DNA of 64,000 bases from an uncultured delta proteobacterium (GCA_963708295.1 CAVPSJ010000016.1:32001-96000), one strand, 5' to 3'; shown: positions 1 through 10,208, counted from the first letter of the stretch. The notes: a model not told the origin generated them from the letters alone. Numbers and translations are program-made.

Positions 1-1398
1 CTCTTGGAGCTGGCCCGTCTTCCGTTAGAGAGCCGTCTTCGTGAGGGGGGATATCCCTGGGTGATCGGTGGAGGCGTAGCCGTTTTTCTAAACCCTGAAC
101 CCATCAGCGACTTTTTTGACCTTTTCATCCTCGGTGAGGCAGAAGAGGTCATCGGGGAATTCTTGGAAGTATGCCGCCAGGCCCTATTGGATAAAGAGAG
201 GAAGGAGAAGGATCATTTATTGATCAATCTCAGTCGAGTCGAAGGGGTGTACGTCCCGAAGTTTTACCGGGTGATCTACGGGGAGGACGGAAAAATAGCG
301 GCGATGGATCCCGATTCAGGATTTCCCAAAAAGGTGAAAAGGAGATGGATCCCCAAGCTCGATCAATTTCCAACCCAGTCCGCTCTTTTCACTCCGGATA
401 CAGAGTTTAGCGAAATGGCTTTAGTCGAGATGAATCGGGGTTGCCCGAGAGGGTGCCGCTTCTGCGCGGCTTGCTTCGTCTATTATCCTTTTCGAAATCG
501 AAGCCTTGCCCTTCTTGAATCGATTTCGAAGGAAGCCCTTTTGGAAGAACATCGGGTTGGATTGACCGGGACGGCAGTTTCCGACCATCCCCAACTCTTC
601 CCCCTCTGTCAGAGCATCCTCTCTCATCAGGGAGAAATCTCTTTGTCTTCGTTAAGAGTGGATGCCGTTACCCCATCCCTGATTCAGTGCCTTAAGGCGG
701 GTGAAGAACGGACGGTAGCCATTGCTCCTGAGGCAGGTTCGGAAAGACTTCGAAGGATGGTGAAAAAAGGCTACAAGGAAGAGGCGATCTTGAAATCCGT
801 CGATACTCTGGTGGAGAATGGCGTTTCCCAAATCAAATGCTATTTTTTGATTGGCCTTCCCACGGAGACCGAGGAGGATGTGAAGGAAATTCTCCAGCTC
901 GCCAAGCGGATTCGCCATCACATCCTTTCAGGCCAGAAGGACGGAAGGAAAAGATGGCGGTTAGTACTAAGCGTCAACCCCTTCATTCCCAAACCCGCCA
1001 CCCCCTTTCAGTGGGCACCGCTGGAAGAGGTGGGCGAGTTGAAGAAGAAGTTGAAGATGATTCAAAGAGGAATTCAACGTGAGGGGGGAACGGAGATGAT
1101 TCATGACCTTCCAAAATGGGCTTACGTTCAGGCCTTGCTCTCAAGAGGAGATCGAAGGGTGGCGAAAATATTGATGGCGTCTCACCGGCATCATGGAGAT
1201 TGGAGACAGGCCTTTCGAGAGACGGATATCAACCCTGACTTCTATGTTTATCGAAAAAGGGATTTGGATGAAATCTTTCCCTGGGATTTCATCGACCACG
1301 GCATCCCGAAGGAACGATTGAGAGAGGAGTATGTGAAGGCAATGAAGGAGGCAGGGGTCAGTGAGCCAGACAGGGAGATGCCCAGGGAAAAGACATAA
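1..1398 (+). CDS. Radical SAM protein, TIGR03960/YgiQ-like (5' end outside window)
   Basis: RGCPRGCRFC CxxxCxxC motif, APEAGSERLR, YFLIGLPTE, FIPKPATPFQW and PWDFID motifs; frame open at the window start. Confidence 0.8.
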   Translation, partial: LLELARLPLESRLREGGYPWVIGGGVAVFLNPEPISDFFDLFILGEAEEVIGEFLEVCRQALLDKERKEKDHLLINLSRVEGVYVPKFYRVIYGEDGKIAAMDPDSGFPKKVKRRWIPKLDQFPTQSALFTPDTEFSEMALVEMNRGCPRGCRFCAACFVYYPFRNRSLALLESISKEALLEEHRVGLTGTAVSDHPQLFPLCQSILSHQGEISLSSLRVDAVTPSLIQCLKAGEERTVAIAPEAGSERLRRMVKKGYKEEAILKSVDTLVENGVSQIKCYFLIGLPTETEEDVKEILQLAKRIRHHILSGQKDGRKRWRLVLSVNPFIPKPATPFQWAPLEEVGELKKKLKMIQRGIQREGGTEMIHDLPKWAYVQALLSRGDRRVAKILMASHRHHGDWRQAFRETDINPDFYVYRKRDLDEIFPWDFIDHGIPKERLREEYVKAMKEAGVSEPDREMPREKT

Positions 1399-1745
1399 TG
1401 GGGAGATGGGGTGATGGGGAGACGTAAAGAGACAGAAGCAGTACGCAGTAAGCCGTAGGCAGAAGGCAAAGAACGGAGGGCGGGCACATCATTCGAAGTC
1501 TCGCGTTTGAAGTCTGATGCCCGATGGGACGAAAGGACCGAAAGTTCAGTCTCTGAATTGCAGGCGGGGAGATGAACCGGCGGGTTGCGGAGGCAGCTTT
1601 GATCGTATATACTGCTTACCGGTTCATCTTGAAAAGAACCGATCCTCACCGGAACCCCGCGGATGTGAGCCTGGGGATGGTTCGTCGAAATAGCCTTTAG
1701 GCGAACCGGCGGGACAAGCCCGTGAGGCAAGGAAAGAAGCGAGAG

Positions 1746-2984
1746 ATGTTGAGTCCCTATCGAGCCTTGGATTTGACCGACGAGAAAGGTCTTTTGTGTG
1801 GGAAGATTCTGGCTGATCTTGGGGCGGACGTGATACAGGTTGAAAAACCGGGAGGAAATCCTGCCCGGAGTGTTCCCCCCTTTTTTGAAGATGTCGCCGG
1901 CCCGGAAAGAAGCCTCACCTGGTTTGCCTTCAGCGCCGGCAAGAGAAGCATTACCCTTGATTGGGATTCCGGGGCTGGAAAGGATCTTTTTAAGCGGATC
2001 GCCAAGACAGCCGATTTTATCATCGAGTCAGCCCCCTCCGGATGCCTTGAAAGGGCAGGCCTGGGTTATGAGGAGTTGACCAAAACAAATCCCCGTCTCA
2101 TCCTGGCATCCATTACACCCTTCGGCCAGTCGGGTCCGTTTAAAGACTACAAGGCCGGCGATCTCGTCGCTTCGGCCATGGGTGGGATGGTCTGCTGTAC
2201 CGGGGAACCGGATCGCGCTCCGGTACGAATCAGTGCCGACCTGGCTTATTGTCAGGCGGGCGTCCACGCCGCGATCGGACTTTTAATTGCCCTTTCTCAC
2301 CGTGCAGCTACGGGACAAGGACAGCGGGTGGATGTCTCGATGCAAGCCAGCATCGTTCGAACACTCCACACTCAGTTGCCGTATTGGGAATATGGTAACC
2401 GCATTGTGAAGAGGTCCGGGATTAGGCGGTTCCGAGGAGGAGTCTCGACGCGAGAAATCTGGCCCTGTAAAGACGGTTTCGTGTCCTGGATGTTCTTCGG
2501 GGGCGCCGTCGGGACGCAACAGATGCGGGGCATGGTGGAGTGGATGGAAGGTAAAGGGATGGCGGGAGGCCTAAGCGCTGAGGTGCAGAATTGGGCGACC
2601 CTGGACTTGACGAAAGTAGACCCGGAAAAAATAAAGTCCTGGGAAGAAGTGATTGGCGATTTCTTCCTTTCTCATACCAAAGAGGAGCTTTATCAAGAGG
2701 CTCTGGAAAAACGCATTCCCCTCGCGCCGCTGAATGACATGTCAGAGGTTGTTAACGATGAGCAGCTCGCCGCCAGAGACTTCTGGGTAGGTGTTGACCA
2801 CGCTGAGTTAAAGATCAACCTCCGTTACCCGGGATTTCTTTTCCTGACCAGCGAAGAGAATTGCCTGCCCAAAGTAAGGCGCCGTGCACCTTTTGTCGGC
2901 GAACACAATTCAGAAATTTATTTGGATGAATTAGGTCTCAGTGAAGCGGAATTGAATTCCTTACGAAGGGAAGGCATTGTATAG
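1746..2984 (+). CDS. Family III CoA-transferase (CaiB/BaiF)
   Basis: ALDLTD...LADLGADVIQVEKPGG, GKRSITLD, GQGQRVDVSM and APFVGEHN motifs. Confidence 0.9.
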   Translation: MLSPYRALDLTDEKGLLCGKILADLGADVIQVEKPGGNPARSVPPFFEDVAGPERSLTWFAFSAGKRSITLDWDSGAGKDLFKRIAKTADFIIESAPSGCLERAGLGYEELTKTNPRLILASITPFGQSGPFKDYKAGDLVASAMGGMVCCTGEPDRAPVRISADLAYCQAGVHAAIGLLIALSHRAATGQGQRVDVSMQASIVRTLHTQLPYWEYGNRIVKRSGIRRFRGGVSTREIWPCKDGFVSWMFFGGAVGTQQMRGMVEWMEGKGMAGGLSAEVQNWATLDLTKVDPEKIKSWEEVIGDFFLSHTKEELYQEALEKRIPLAPLNDMSEVVNDEQLAARDFWVGVDHAELKINLRYPGFLFLTSEENCLPKVRRRAPFVGEHNSEIYLDELGLSEAELNSLRREGIV

Positions 2985-2988
2985 TAGT

Positions 2989-3127
2989 TTGACCGGAACG
3001 TGCCCCGTGGGGTCAAGTCGACAAGACCCGACCACGGGGGGCACCCTATGAACGAAGCTTCCTGTGCTCACATTCTGTTCGCCACTGCGTGCCCGGGAAG
3101 CCCCGCCCTGTGGGCGAGGAGCTTCAA
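2989..3127 (+). mobile_element. Non-autonomous IS200/IS605-like palindromic element, copy 1
   Basis: Begins TTGAC, has left hairpin CGTGCCCC...GGGGGCAC and right hairpin GAAGCCCCGCCC-TGT-GGGCGAGGAGCTTC, ends TTCAA; related copies at 47000 and 52849. Confidence 0.6.
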
Positions 3128-4339
3128 ATGGAAAAGACCGCACTCGAGGGAATAAAGGTTGTTGATTTCAGCTGGGCATTTGCCGGGCCCTTTATCGGGG
3201 CCTATCTGGGCGATTATGGGGCGCAGGTCATCAAAGTGGAGAGCCATTCTCGCCTGGATATTACCCGGGTCACCGCACCCTACAAAGATGGAATCACGGG
3301 CGTCAACCGTTCAGGGTGCTTCCTTGTCGTTAATAATAGCAAATACGGAATCACCCTAAACTTAAGGCATCCCCGTGCATCCGAGATCATCGGGAAGCTT
3401 ATTGCCTGGGCCGACGTTGTTGTTGAAAACTTTGGGGCAGGAGTGATGGAGCGTCTGGGGTTGGGCTATGATGAGCTCAAGAGGATAAAACCAGAGATGA
3501 TTATGTTGAGCGCAACGATTCAAGGCCAGACCGGGCCACGGTCAACCTTTGCCGGGTACGGCTGGAACACCGTTGCCCTCACGGGAATCGGCAATCTTAC
3601 GGGCTGGCCAGACCGGTCTCCGGTGGGCACGCTTCAAGCCTATCCGGATAGCGTGGTTCCCTGGTTCGGGGTGGTGGCTGTCTTGGCCGCTTTGGAATAT
3701 CGCCGTAGGACGGGCAGAGGGCAATACATTGATGTGAGCCAGTATGAAACCACCTGCCAATTCCTTGCGCCCCTTCTTCTAGATTATGCCGCGCATCATC
3801 GGGTGGCTATGCGGGCCGGAAACCGATGCCCCTATGCTGCGCCACATGGAGTGTATCGTTGCCGAGGCGAGGACCGATGGTGTGCCATCAGCGTCTTTGC
3901 TGAAAAGGAATGGGAAGCTTTTTGCCGGGTTTTAGGATCACCCGCTTGGGCGGGGAATGAAAGGCTTGCCTCGCTCCATGGGAGGAAGGAAAACGAGGAC
4001 GAGCTTGACAGGTTGGTCGAGCAGTGGACGGTCAACTTCACGCCTGAAGAAGTGATGTCTCTCATGCAACAGGCGGGTGTACCGGCCGGAGTGGTGAAAA
4101 CAAACAAAGAATTGTTTGAAGATCCTCAGCTGACAGACCGGGGCTTCTTCCAGCGTGTGGAGCATCCCGAGATTGGACCCTGTTATCAACAGGCATGGCC
4201 GATCAAGCTGTCCATCAGCCCGCTCAATATCCGTCCAGCGCCCTGCCTGGGCGAGCACAACGAATATGTGTACACCCAAGTCCTGGGACTCTCCGACCAG
4301 GAATTTGTCGAATATCTCGACCAGGGCGTCTTTGAATAA
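3128..4339 (+). CDS. Family III CoA-transferase (CaiB/BaiF)
   Basis: ALEGIKVVDFSWAFAGP, ADVVVENF, GRGQYIDVSQ and APCLGEHN; ATG at 3128 preceded by GAGGAG. Confidence 0.92.
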   Translation: MEKTALEGIKVVDFSWAFAGPFIGAYLGDYGAQVIKVESHSRLDITRVTAPYKDGITGVNRSGCFLVVNNSKYGITLNLRHPRASEIIGKLIAWADVVVENFGAGVMERLGLGYDELKRIKPEMIMLSATIQGQTGPRSTFAGYGWNTVALTGIGNLTGWPDRSPVGTLQAYPDSVVPWFGVVAVLAALEYRRRTGRGQYIDVSQYETTCQFLAPLLLDYAAHHRVAMRAGNRCPYAAPHGVYRCRGEDRWCAISVFAEKEWEAFCRVLGSPAWAGNERLASLHGRKENEDELDRLVEQWTVNFTPEEVMSLMQQAGVPAGVVKTNKELFEDPQLTDRGFFQRVEHPEIGPCYQQAWPIKLSISPLNIRPAPCLGEHNEYVYTQVLGLSDQEFVEYLDQGVFE

Positions 4340-4341
4340 GG

Positions 4342-5559
4342 TCACGGCCTCTTCTGCATGATCTCGCAGAGGAAACCTACCGCTTGCTTCGCGAAAACCT
4401 CGTCATTGATATGAGCATCGACCTCGACGATTCTGAAAGAGGGCTTCAGGCTTTGCCTTAATACCTCGACGAAAGCCCGATCTGCCTCCGGATCGTAAAG
4501 AGCCTTCCCCCGCCTATTTGCGGGTGAGAACCCCTGATTGGGGACGACCACTATGGTTGGGCCCAGAGCCTTGTTCAGCTTGTCGGCCATGGCTTTGCCG
4601 ATAGATGCCATCTCGTCTTTGTTTGCCCGGACGAGGGCAACCTCGGGAGTGTGCCTGTATACCTTCCGGTTCCTTAAGCCCTCGGGAATCTTTTCGGGCG
4701 GGCTGAAAACGATGAAATCCAGGCAACCCGGAACAACGACTTGGGGAATCCCTTTCTTTCCAGCCGCTTCTAACCTTGCTGGGCCAGCATCGCAAAACCC
4801 GCCAAACAAGTGGTCTGTGAGCTCGTGGGTCACGAGGTCAAGCACCCCATCGATCAAGCCTTGTTCAATGGCTTCTTCCATCGCCTGCCCGCCCGTCCCC
4901 ACGGTATGGAAAGCCACTACCTCGAAGCCTTTATTTTCCAGAGTTTTCTGAGCTGAGAAAACAGCGCGGTTAATCCCGCCCATGCTACTCATGGCAATGA
5001 AAGCCTTGCCTGAGGCCTCCAGTCCCGGATCTGCAGACACTGCCCCCATGACGGCTCCCGCTGCGCAAGTCAATAGTCTTTTCGTCATCCGATTCAAACC
5101 GACGATATCGGTTACCGAATGAACGACCGTGATGTCTTTCGTGCCGATGTAGGGTCGCATATCCCCTGAAGCGATGGTGCTGACCATGACCTTGGGTATG
5201 CCGAACGGTAGTGCCCTCATCGCTGCGGTGCCTATGGCGGTACCCCGCGATCCGCCCATGCACAGGATTCCATCCAATCTGCCGGAATCGAGAAGCCTCT
5301 GAACGATTTTAGACGCCCCTTCCATCATTACCCGGATCTCTTTATTCTCGTCTGCGGGGTCAACCACATCCTGAAGTTTCACCCCTGCCGCTCTCGCCAC
5401 TTCGTCACGGGAGATTTGAGGCTCGAATGGTGGGGCCCCACGCGTTCCGACGTCTACGACGATGACATCGAATCTCCCGCGGAGAATCAGGTCCTTAACG
5501 TATGCATACTCTTTTCCTTTACTATCTAAGCGTCCCAACAAAACGATCGTTTTTTTCAC
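4342..5559 (-). CDS. UPF0261 / Tm-1-like ATP-binding domain protein
   Basis: GRLDSKGKE, GGSRGT, ALPFGIPKVMVST, SVTDIVGLN and DAHINDEVFA motifs. Confidence 0.88.
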   Translation of the reverse strand: MKKTIVLLGRLDSKGKEYAYVKDLILRGRFDVIVVDVGTRGAPPFEPQISRDEVARAAGVKLQDVVDPADENKEIRVMMEGASKIVQRLLDSGRLDGILCMGGSRGTAIGTAAMRALPFGIPKVMVSTIASGDMRPYIGTKDITVVHSVTDIVGLNRMTKRLLTCAAGAVMGAVSADPGLEASGKAFIAMSSMGGINRAVFSAQKTLENKGFEVVAFHTVGTGGQAMEEAIEQGLIDGVLDLVTHELTDHLFGGFCDAGPARLEAAGKKGIPQVVVPGCLDFIVFSPPEKIPEGLRNRKVYRHTPEVALVRANKDEMASIGKAMADKLNKALGPTIVVVPNQGFSPANRRGKALYDPEADRAFVEVLRQSLKPSFRIVEVDAHINDEVFAKQAVGFLCEIMQKRP

Positions 5560-6017
5560 TCTCTCCTCCGGCCATCCTTCATCCCTTTAGAAGGCCCGTC
5601 TTTTCGAACGGAGTTGGTCTTGGCATAAAATGACTCATCACTTATCTTTATTGCGTTAAACATATTATACCATTGGCAGCACAATGACAATGTCGTGGTA
5701 AAAGGAGTAAGACCTGCCGGATCTACTCTATGAAGGCCCGCTCGTAGATTGCCCTTTCCAGTATCAAGAACGAAGAGCATGTTGGAAATTCCTCATAGGG
5801 AACGCAGTGATGCGTTCCCTACGGGTCCCTGGAAGTTTCTTATGATTATTGACATTACTGAGGGAATGACCTACTTTAAATGAAACGATATTGGCGGGGT
5901 GGATATGCAAAAAGGTGAATGAGGGGCGCAAGGGGTGTAACGATGAAGTATGGTAAGCAGACGACTCCCTGCTCGGGCACTTTGAGAGCGACAACCAGAG
6001 GGTTCTGAAAGGGGGAC

Positions 6018-7244
6018 GTGATCTTGAAGAAAATTATTCTATGTATAGGAACACTGGATACGAAAGGGCCCGAACTTCTGTACATAAAGCAACTGATAGA
6101 GCAAAGAGGCGGGTACGAGGCTTTGATCATGGACATTGGTAGCTTGGGCATAGCTCACTTTGCCGCCGACATTACGGCCGAACAGGTCGCTAAGGCAGCG
6201 GGAAAAACAATACACGAGGTGAGGAGTCTTAAGGAGGCGGGTCCGGCAGCGAAGATTATGGCCGTTGGAGCCATCAGGATAGTGAAGGACTTGCACCGTT
6301 CAGGAAAATTTCACGGGGCTATTTCCATCGGGGGCGGAATGGGGTCAGGGGTCGCATCGGCTGTGATGAGAGAACTTCCTATCGGGATGCCCAAGTTTAT
6401 GCTTTCCTCCCAGAAGATTGTGCAAGCAGGCATCCGGAAATATGTAGGGACGAAGGATATCGTCATTATGCCCTCGGTCGCTGATATCGCCGGATTTAAC
6501 AGGCTAACAAAGGATGCTCTGCGAAAGTCCGTTGGCGCAATCATAGGCATGATGGAAACAGCAGAGGGGGAGGTGTCCGAAAAACCCCTTGTCTTCATGA
6601 CGATGACGGGTCTGTCCACCGGCTGCGGACTTAGGGTGAAGTCGTTCCTTGAGGAGAAAGGATTCGAAGTAGCCGTATTTCACACCATTGGTGTCGGGGG
6701 GGAGACCCTTGAAGAACTGGTTAAAACCTATCGGGTCAGCGGGGTGATAGAATTAGGATTGAACGAGATCGGAAATGAGCTTTTTGGCGGATTGGCTTCC
6801 GCTGGCCCGAATCGGCTCGAAGCTGCGGGTGAGAGAGGGATTCCTCAAATCATCACCCCGGGTTGTATTGATATTATAAACTTCCTTGGTCCGGAAACAT
6901 TGCCCGACCGGTATAAGGATCGCCCTCTCTGTTTCCATAACCCGCAGGCAACCCTGCCCAGATTAAATGATGAGGAATTTAGATTGCTGGGTGAGACCGT
7001 GGGCAAAAAGCTAAACCGGGCAGTGGGCCCTGTGAGAGTTCTCATTCCTATTCGTGGTTTTTCTTCCCTCGACTGCCAAGGGAACATCTTCTATGACCCT
7101 ATTACGGACAGGGCGTTTATTGATTCTCTAAAAAGTTCGTTGAAAAAAGCGATTGAAGTGAAGGAAATTGACGCGCACATCAACGATGAGGAGTTTGCTG
7201 ACAGAGTGGCAAGTGAGTTCATGGAGATCGTCAAAGGAGGATGA
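6018..7244 (+). CDS. UPF0261 / Tm-1-like ATP-binding domain protein (paralog)
   Basis: GTLDTKGPE, LPIGMPK, SVADIAGFN, AGPNRLEAAG and DAHINDEEFA motifs. Confidence 0.88.
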   Translation: MILKKIILCIGTLDTKGPELLYIKQLIEQRGGYEALIMDIGSLGIAHFAADITAEQVAKAAGKTIHEVRSLKEAGPAAKIMAVGAIRIVKDLHRSGKFHGAISIGGGMGSGVASAVMRELPIGMPKFMLSSQKIVQAGIRKYVGTKDIVIMPSVADIAGFNRLTKDALRKSVGAIIGMMETAEGEVSEKPLVFMTMTGLSTGCGLRVKSFLEEKGFEVAVFHTIGVGGETLEELVKTYRVSGVIELGLNEIGNELFGGLASAGPNRLEAAGERGIPQIITPGCIDIINFLGPETLPDRYKDRPLCFHNPQATLPRLNDEEFRLLGETVGKKLNRAVGPVRVLIPIRGFSSLDCQGNIFYDPITDRAFIDSLKSSLKKAIEVKEIDAHINDEEFADRVASEFMEIVKGG

Positions 7245-7312
7245 CTCCTTCTAATCCCTCTCCTCCCATTTTTAGGAATGGCGAGTACAAGAGGATTTAA
7301 CAGAAAAGGTGT

Positions 7313-8020
7313 ATGATGAAGGTAGAAAAAGTTTCTTTCAAGAGTGAGGGCTACCGGATTTCAGGGATTCTTCACCTCCCCGACGAAAAGAACCCGCCCT
7401 GCGTGATCGCCTCCCATGGCCTCCTCTCCAGCAAGAACAGCGAAAAGTATATCGCCCTCGGGGAACGGATTTCGAAAGAGAGCATCGCTATGCTTCGGTT
7501 CGATTTCAGGGGGATCGGAGAGAGTGAAGGACGGCTCGAGGACGATACCGTGAGCAGGAGGATTGCGGATCTGAGTTCAGCTATCGCTTTTGTAAAATCC
7601 TATCCGGCGATAGGAAATCGGATCGGGTTACTTGGATCAAGCCTCGGAGGCTATGTTTCGTTAATCGGGGCTTCGAGAGAGAAGGAAATCAAAGCGGTTG
7701 TCATTTGGGCGACTCCCTTCCATTTGGACGATCTTGGGTCCAAGGGAACGGAGCAGAACCCTCTTCCTGAAGAGGCCTTCTTTGATGATCTCCCGAAACA
7801 CCGGCTTTTGCCTCTTTTGCCCAAGGTCTCAAACTGCTTCGTCATTCATGGGGAAAAAGACGAACTTGTTCCGGTAGACCAGGCCTGGGAGGTTTTTCAT
7901 ACCCTCGGTGCGCCCAAGGAGATTCGCGTGATCGAGGGCGCCGACCACCGCTTGACAAACCCTTCCCATCGCCAGCGCGCGATCGATCTCAGTGTGGATT
8001 GGTTCAAAAGGTATCTCTAG
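7313..8020 (+). CDS. Alpha/beta hydrolase
   Basis: HG oxyanion motif, RFDFRGIGESEG, GSSLGG nucleophile elbow, HGEKDELVP, GADH. Confidence 0.9.
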   Translation: MMKVEKVSFKSEGYRISGILHLPDEKNPPCVIASHGLLSSKNSEKYIALGERISKESIAMLRFDFRGIGESEGRLEDDTVSRRIADLSSAIAFVKSYPAIGNRIGLLGSSLGGYVSLIGASREKEIKAVVIWATPFHLDDLGSKGTEQNPLPEEAFFDDLPKHRLLPLLPKVSNCFVIHGEKDELVPVDQAWEVFHTLGAPKEIRVIEGADHRLTNPSHRQRAIDLSVDWFKRYL

Positions 8021-8351
8021 GCTGCTGAAAAAAAGCCCATCTGCGGCGTTTTCCGCCCTGCTCACCCTCTCGCGGGGTCGCCAAGACTTGCTCCTCATTC
8101 GTCGTGACGCCGTCCGGCTTTCTCACAAACTCGGTGGCGTGACAAACAGTTGTGACTTATTCGTTACAACTCCCCCCCTCATCCTTCCCCGTGTCAAGCA
8201 AGGGGCAGGCTTGTTGTAGCTTACAGCAGAACGGTTTCAAACCGTTCCCTACAAAGAACGTTGAGGCCCCCGAGAAACGGGATCTCGCAGACCTCAAGTT
8301 GCATGTGGCCCTTTTTGAGCAACCTGGAAAAGATAACTTTCTCAGCAGCCT
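8019..8351. repeat. MITE-like element with AGGCTGCTGA terminal inverted repeats and nested REP-type inserts
   Basis: AGGCTGCTGA at 8019 and TCAGCAGCCT ending at 8351; related shorter copy at 18364; contains the GAACGGTTTCAAACCGTTCCCTAC palindrome also found at 20755. Confidence 0.65.
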
Positions 8352-8450
8352 GCTTGCGTTTTAACCCCAGGGAGGATCAATCTGCAGGTTTTAGAGGACC
8401 GAAAAGGAGCAACGAAGAAATTTTGGAATGGACAGGCTATTCTTGGTAAA

Positions 8451-10178
8451 TCATTTTGTCGACTTCACTTCTTTTATTCTCCACTTACCGTCTTCCTTCT
8501 TGAAGGCAACATCCAAAACGGACTTGTTCTCCTGGTATTGACCCCCGCCTTTTAAAGAGGTTTTGATCAACCATTCGACCCTCGCCTTTGCCGTCTCGAC
8601 CGAGATTGAAAGGTTCCTGATATCATAGGACAGGTCGAGATAGTTGTACTTCTCCCAGTAAGCGACCGTTGACCTCTTTCTCCCTTCCATGTTTTCGAAA
8701 TCAGAAGCGTAACAGGAGACGAAAAGGTCAATGTCTTTCTTTAAATTTGACTGCCGAACATTCTCGAGGAGGGTCTTGATTTTCCCTGCCTCCTGAGCCT
8801 CCGCGGGAGGTGTATTAGAAGGTTCGGGAAGAGAAGAGGGAACGGGAGTGACTTCTTTTGAAAGAACAGCTGGTCCCTGTGTATTCTTGGATTCTCCCGG
8901 CTCCACGGCATGGGTGACAGGAGGCGTCTGGGCAGCGGGTCTGGCGGGAATCTGAACGGACACCTCTCGAGATATGGGTATTCGTGGTTCAGCTGGCTTC
9001 GGCTTCGCAAAATAGGAATAAACTTGCCAGAGCAACCATCCCCCTGCCACAACCATGATCAGGATGCTACCCGCTTCGAAACCCAGGCGGCGATAATCCT
9101 TCCCAAACTTAAACTTACTCAAGAAGGTCACCCCCTTAAGCAAGTCATTCGCCGACCTCTTGGCAACGGGCTGTTCAGGGGTTTGGGCTTGAAGGAATTG
9201 CTCTTCCAGGCTAAGCTCCGGAGTAGGCGTGGCTCGAGGCCCCTTCTTCTTACCTCGTTCAGGTGCTCCCACATCCTGTCCTTTAGGGCCGGAGGGAGAA
9301 GGCGGCTTGGAAGCGACTCCTGGCTTTCGATTCGAGGCCTCCGAAAGGTCAGGGGCTACTCTCCGAAGGAAGAGATCTCCCAGGCCGTCGGATTCGGAAG
9401 GCGGGGGATTGGGTTCGATTTCGGACGATTTAGATTCCTCGGTCCCCTTTCGAAAGGTCACGCCGAAAGCAGCGTCCAGGACCTCGGATTCGGAAGGGGA
9501 AAGATTGGATTCGGCATCGGATGATTTCGAATTTTCCTTTTCCTTGGGCGAAGTCTGTGATACAAGGGCCGCTCCGCATCTCACGCAGGTAGTTCCACGC
9601 TCGTAGATAATTTTGCAGGAAGGGCAAACAAGTTTCTTCCGAGGTGCTTCTACGACTATCTCCGGGGCTAATTGTTCTTCGAGGGTCTGTGTCTGTAAGC
9701 GGTTTTCGTCGTCTTTGGATCCATTCGATATTTCAGGCGCCCCGTTGGCCTGGACGGAAGTTTGGGGAACCAGGGCGGACTCACATTTGATACACGAGGT
9801 CCCGTGCTCGTAGATAATTTTACAGGTTGGGCAGATGAGTTTTCCAGGAGATGTCCCGTTCTTCTGTTTCTCAGAGGTTTCCACTGGTGGAAGTTTTTCT
9901 TCAAATTGAGCTCCGCGAGCAATTGGAGGCTCACTCTTTTCCTGAGAAGGGGTTTGACGTCCGAGAGGGGATCCGCATTGTATGCAAGAGCTTCCAAATT
10001 CATAAGTAATTTTACAATGGGGGCAGAACAATTTTCCCCCTGAGTTTTCCTCGTCGGCATGATTTACTTTCTTGGGGGCCGGTGCAGATTCTGTTTTCTG
10101 GGTGAGGGGACTTCCGCAATAATTACAAAACTTTTTGTCTTCTTCGTATTCGATATTGCAACTGGTGCAGACCTGCAT
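8451..10178 (-). CDS. Membrane-anchored protein: four double-zinc-ribbon repeats, low-complexity linker, one TM helix, C-terminal NTF2/SnoaL-like domain
   Basis: CTSC..CNYC, CPHC..CIQC, CPTC..CIKC, CPSC..CVRC repeats; TM segment ILIMVVAGGWLLWQVY; DIDLFVSCYASDF...KKEDGKWRI C-terminus. Confidence 0.7.
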   Translation of the reverse strand: MQVCTSCNIEYEEDKKFCNYCGSPLTQKTESAPAPKKVNHADEENSGGKLFCPHCKITYEFGSSCIQCGSPLGRQTPSQEKSEPPIARGAQFEEKLPPVETSEKQKNGTSPGKLICPTCKIIYEHGTSCIKCESALVPQTSVQANGAPEISNGSKDDENRLQTQTLEEQLAPEIVVEAPRKKLVCPSCKIIYERGTTCVRCGAALVSQTSPKEKENSKSSDAESNLSPSESEVLDAAFGVTFRKGTEESKSSEIEPNPPPSESDGLGDLFLRRVAPDLSEASNRKPGVASKPPSPSGPKGQDVGAPERGKKKGPRATPTPELSLEEQFLQAQTPEQPVAKRSANDLLKGVTFLSKFKFGKDYRRLGFEAGSILIMVVAGGWLLWQVYSYFAKPKPAEPRIPISREVSVQIPARPAAQTPPVTHAVEPGESKNTQGPAVLSKEVTPVPSSLPEPSNTPPAEAQEAGKIKTLLENVRQSNLKKDIDLFVSCYASDFENMEGRKRSTVAYWEKYNYLDLSYDIRNLSISVETAKARVEWLIKTSLKGGGQYQENKSVLDVAFKKEDGKWRIKEVKSTK

Positions 10179-10208
10179 GGATGCCTCTTTTAATTTAACC
10201 CTTCGGGG

